64,000 nt of DNA from Macrostomum hystrix (taxonomy: Eukaryota; Animalia; Platyhelminthes), in NCBI GenBank assembly GCA_950097015.1, contig CATNEN010000011.1:2108001-2172000 (forward strand). The letters run 5' to 3'. The translations under genes and the position numbers were made by a program. This document shows positions 61,985 through 64,000 of the stretch, in pieces; position 1 is the stretch's first letter; each line of letters starts with the position of its first letter. The notes under the pieces are model-generated. The model was not told where the DNA came from. It did no database searches and saw only the letters and a list, made by a program, of their open reading frames with translations.

Positions 61985-64000
61985 GGACAGTGTCTAACAG
62001 CTACTGATGCTAGTGTCTAACAGTTACTGATGCTAGTGTCTAACAGCTACTGATGCTAGTGTCTAACAGCTACTGATGCTAGTGTCTAACAGCTACTGAT
62101 GCTAGTGTCTAACAGCTACTGATGCTAGTGTCTAACACCTACTGATGCTAGTGTCTAACAGCTACTGATGCTAGTGTCTAACAGCTACTGATGCTAGTGT
62201 CTAACAGCTACTGATGCTAGTGTCTAACAGCTACTGATGCTAGTGTCTAACAGCTACTGATGCTAGTGTCTAACAGCTACTGATGCTAGTGTCTAACAGC
62301 TACTGATGCTAGTGTCTAACAGCTACTGATGCTAGTGTCTAACAGCTACTGATGCTAGTGTCTAACAGCTACTGATGCTAGTGTCTAACAGCTACTGATG
62401 CTAGTGTCTAACAGCTACTGATGCTAGTGTCTAACAGTTACTGATGCTAGTCTCTAACAGCTACTGATGCTAGTGTCTAACAGTTACTGATGCTAGTGTC
62501 TAACAGTTACTGATGCTAGTGTCTAACAGCTACTGATGCTAGTGTCTAACAGTTACTGATGCTAGTGTCTAACAGCTACTGATGCTAGTGTCTAACAGTT
62601 ACTGATGCTAGTCTCTAACAGTTACTGATGCTAGTGTCTAACAGCTACTGATGCTAGTGTCTAACAGTTACTGATGCTAGTGTCTAACAGCTACTGATGC
62701 TAGTGTCTAACAGCTACTGATGCTAGTGTCTAACAGATACTGATGCTAGTGTCTAACAGTTACTGATGACAGACGACAGTGTCTAACAGCTACTGATGCT
62801 AGTGTCTAACAGATACTGATGCTAGTGTCTAACAGTTACTGATGACAGACGACAGTGTCTAACAGCTACTGATGCTAGTGTCTAACAGATACTGATGCTA
62901 GTGTCTAACAGCTACTGATGCTAGTGTCTAACAGCTACTGATGCTAGTGTCTAACAGTTACTGATGCTAGTCTCTAACAGCTACTGATGCTAGTGTCTAA
63001 CAGTTACTGATGCTAGTGTCTAACAGTTACTGATGCTAGTGTCTAACAGCTACTGATGCTAGTGTCTAACAGTTACTGATGCTAGTGTCTAACAGCTACT
63101 GATGCTAGTGTCTAACAGTTACTGATGCTAGTGTCTAACAGTTACTGATGCTAGTGTCTAACAGCTACTGATGCTAGTGTCTAACAGTTACTGATGCTAG
63201 TGTCTAACAGCTACTGATGCTAGTGTCTAACAGCTACTGATGCTAGTGTCTAACAGATACTGATGCTAGTGTCTAACAGTTACTGATGACAGACGACAGT
63301 GTCTAACAGCTACTGATGCTAGTGTCTAACAGATACTGATGCTAGTGTCTAACAGCTACTGATGCTAGTGTCTAACAGCTACTGATGCTAGTGTCTAACA
63401 GCTACTGATGCTAGTGTCTAACAGTTACTGATGCTAGTCTCTAACAGTTACTGGTGCTAGTGTCTAACAGCTACTGATGCTAGTGTCTAACAGTTACTGA
63501 TGCTAGTGTCTAACAGTTACTGATGCTAGTGTCTAACAGTTACTGATGCTAGTGTCTAACAGTTACTGGTGCTAGTGTCTAACAGCTACTGATGCTAGTG
63601 TCTAACAGCTACTGATGCTAGTGTCTAACAGCTACTGATGCTAGTGTCTAACAGTAACTGATGCTAGTGTCTAACAGTTACTGATGCTAGTGTCTAACAG
63701 CTACTGATGCTAGTGTCTAACAGTTACTGGTGCTAGTGTCTAACAGCTACTGATGCTAGTGTCTAACAGTTACTGATGACAGACGACAGTGTCTAACAGT
63801 TACTGATGCTATTGTCTAACAGCTACTGATGCTAGTGTCTAACAGCTACTGATGCTAGTGTCTAACAGCTACTGATGCTAGTCTCTAACAGTTACTGATG
63901 CTAGTGTCTAACAGTTACTGGTGCTAGTGTCTAACAGCTACTGATGCTAGTGTCTAACAGCTACTGATGCTAGTGTCTAACAGCTACTGATGCTAGTGTC
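61985..64000. repeat. 23-bp GTCTAACAGCTACTGATGCTAGT array, running off the window end (probably intronic)
   Basis: Period 23 (62041 to 62064). Confidence 0.96.

Overview
Eukaryotic (animal) genomic DNA, not prokaryotic; no CRISPR, rRNA or intact tRNA genes were seen. The style (GC-rich exons, short core introns inflated by private minisatellites and tRNA-derived SINEs) resembles a free-living flatworm such as Macrostomum, but that is inference only. Contents in order: a near-complete Ty3/Gypsy (Mag-like) LTR retrotransposon on the minus strand (1-4504) inside an intron of an SLC26 anion transporter (+, last three exons); an intact alpha-tubulin (+); a 4-exon TRP channel (-) that joins about 6-7 ankyrin repeats to a TRPM-type MHR3/4, S1-S6 and TRP-box region; a CRAL-TRIO lipid-transfer gene (+); a GT32 glycosyltransferase resembling SUR1 (-); a 6-exon alpha-arrestin (-); and the 3' end of a GRAMD1/Aster-like VASt gene (-). 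All exon chains were reconstructed by hand with GT-AG sites and consistent phases. About 24 distinct tandem arrays cover roughly 23 kb (about 36%, approximate sum), and two SINE families occur in about 11 copies. Best leads: the ankyrin-TRPM chimeric channel, a minisatellite apparently born inside a SINE from an inverted SINE motif, a SINE hairpin with a compensatory base change, and the SUR1-like glycosyltransferase. The very long ORFs in the ORF track that lie in arrays are treated as artefacts.
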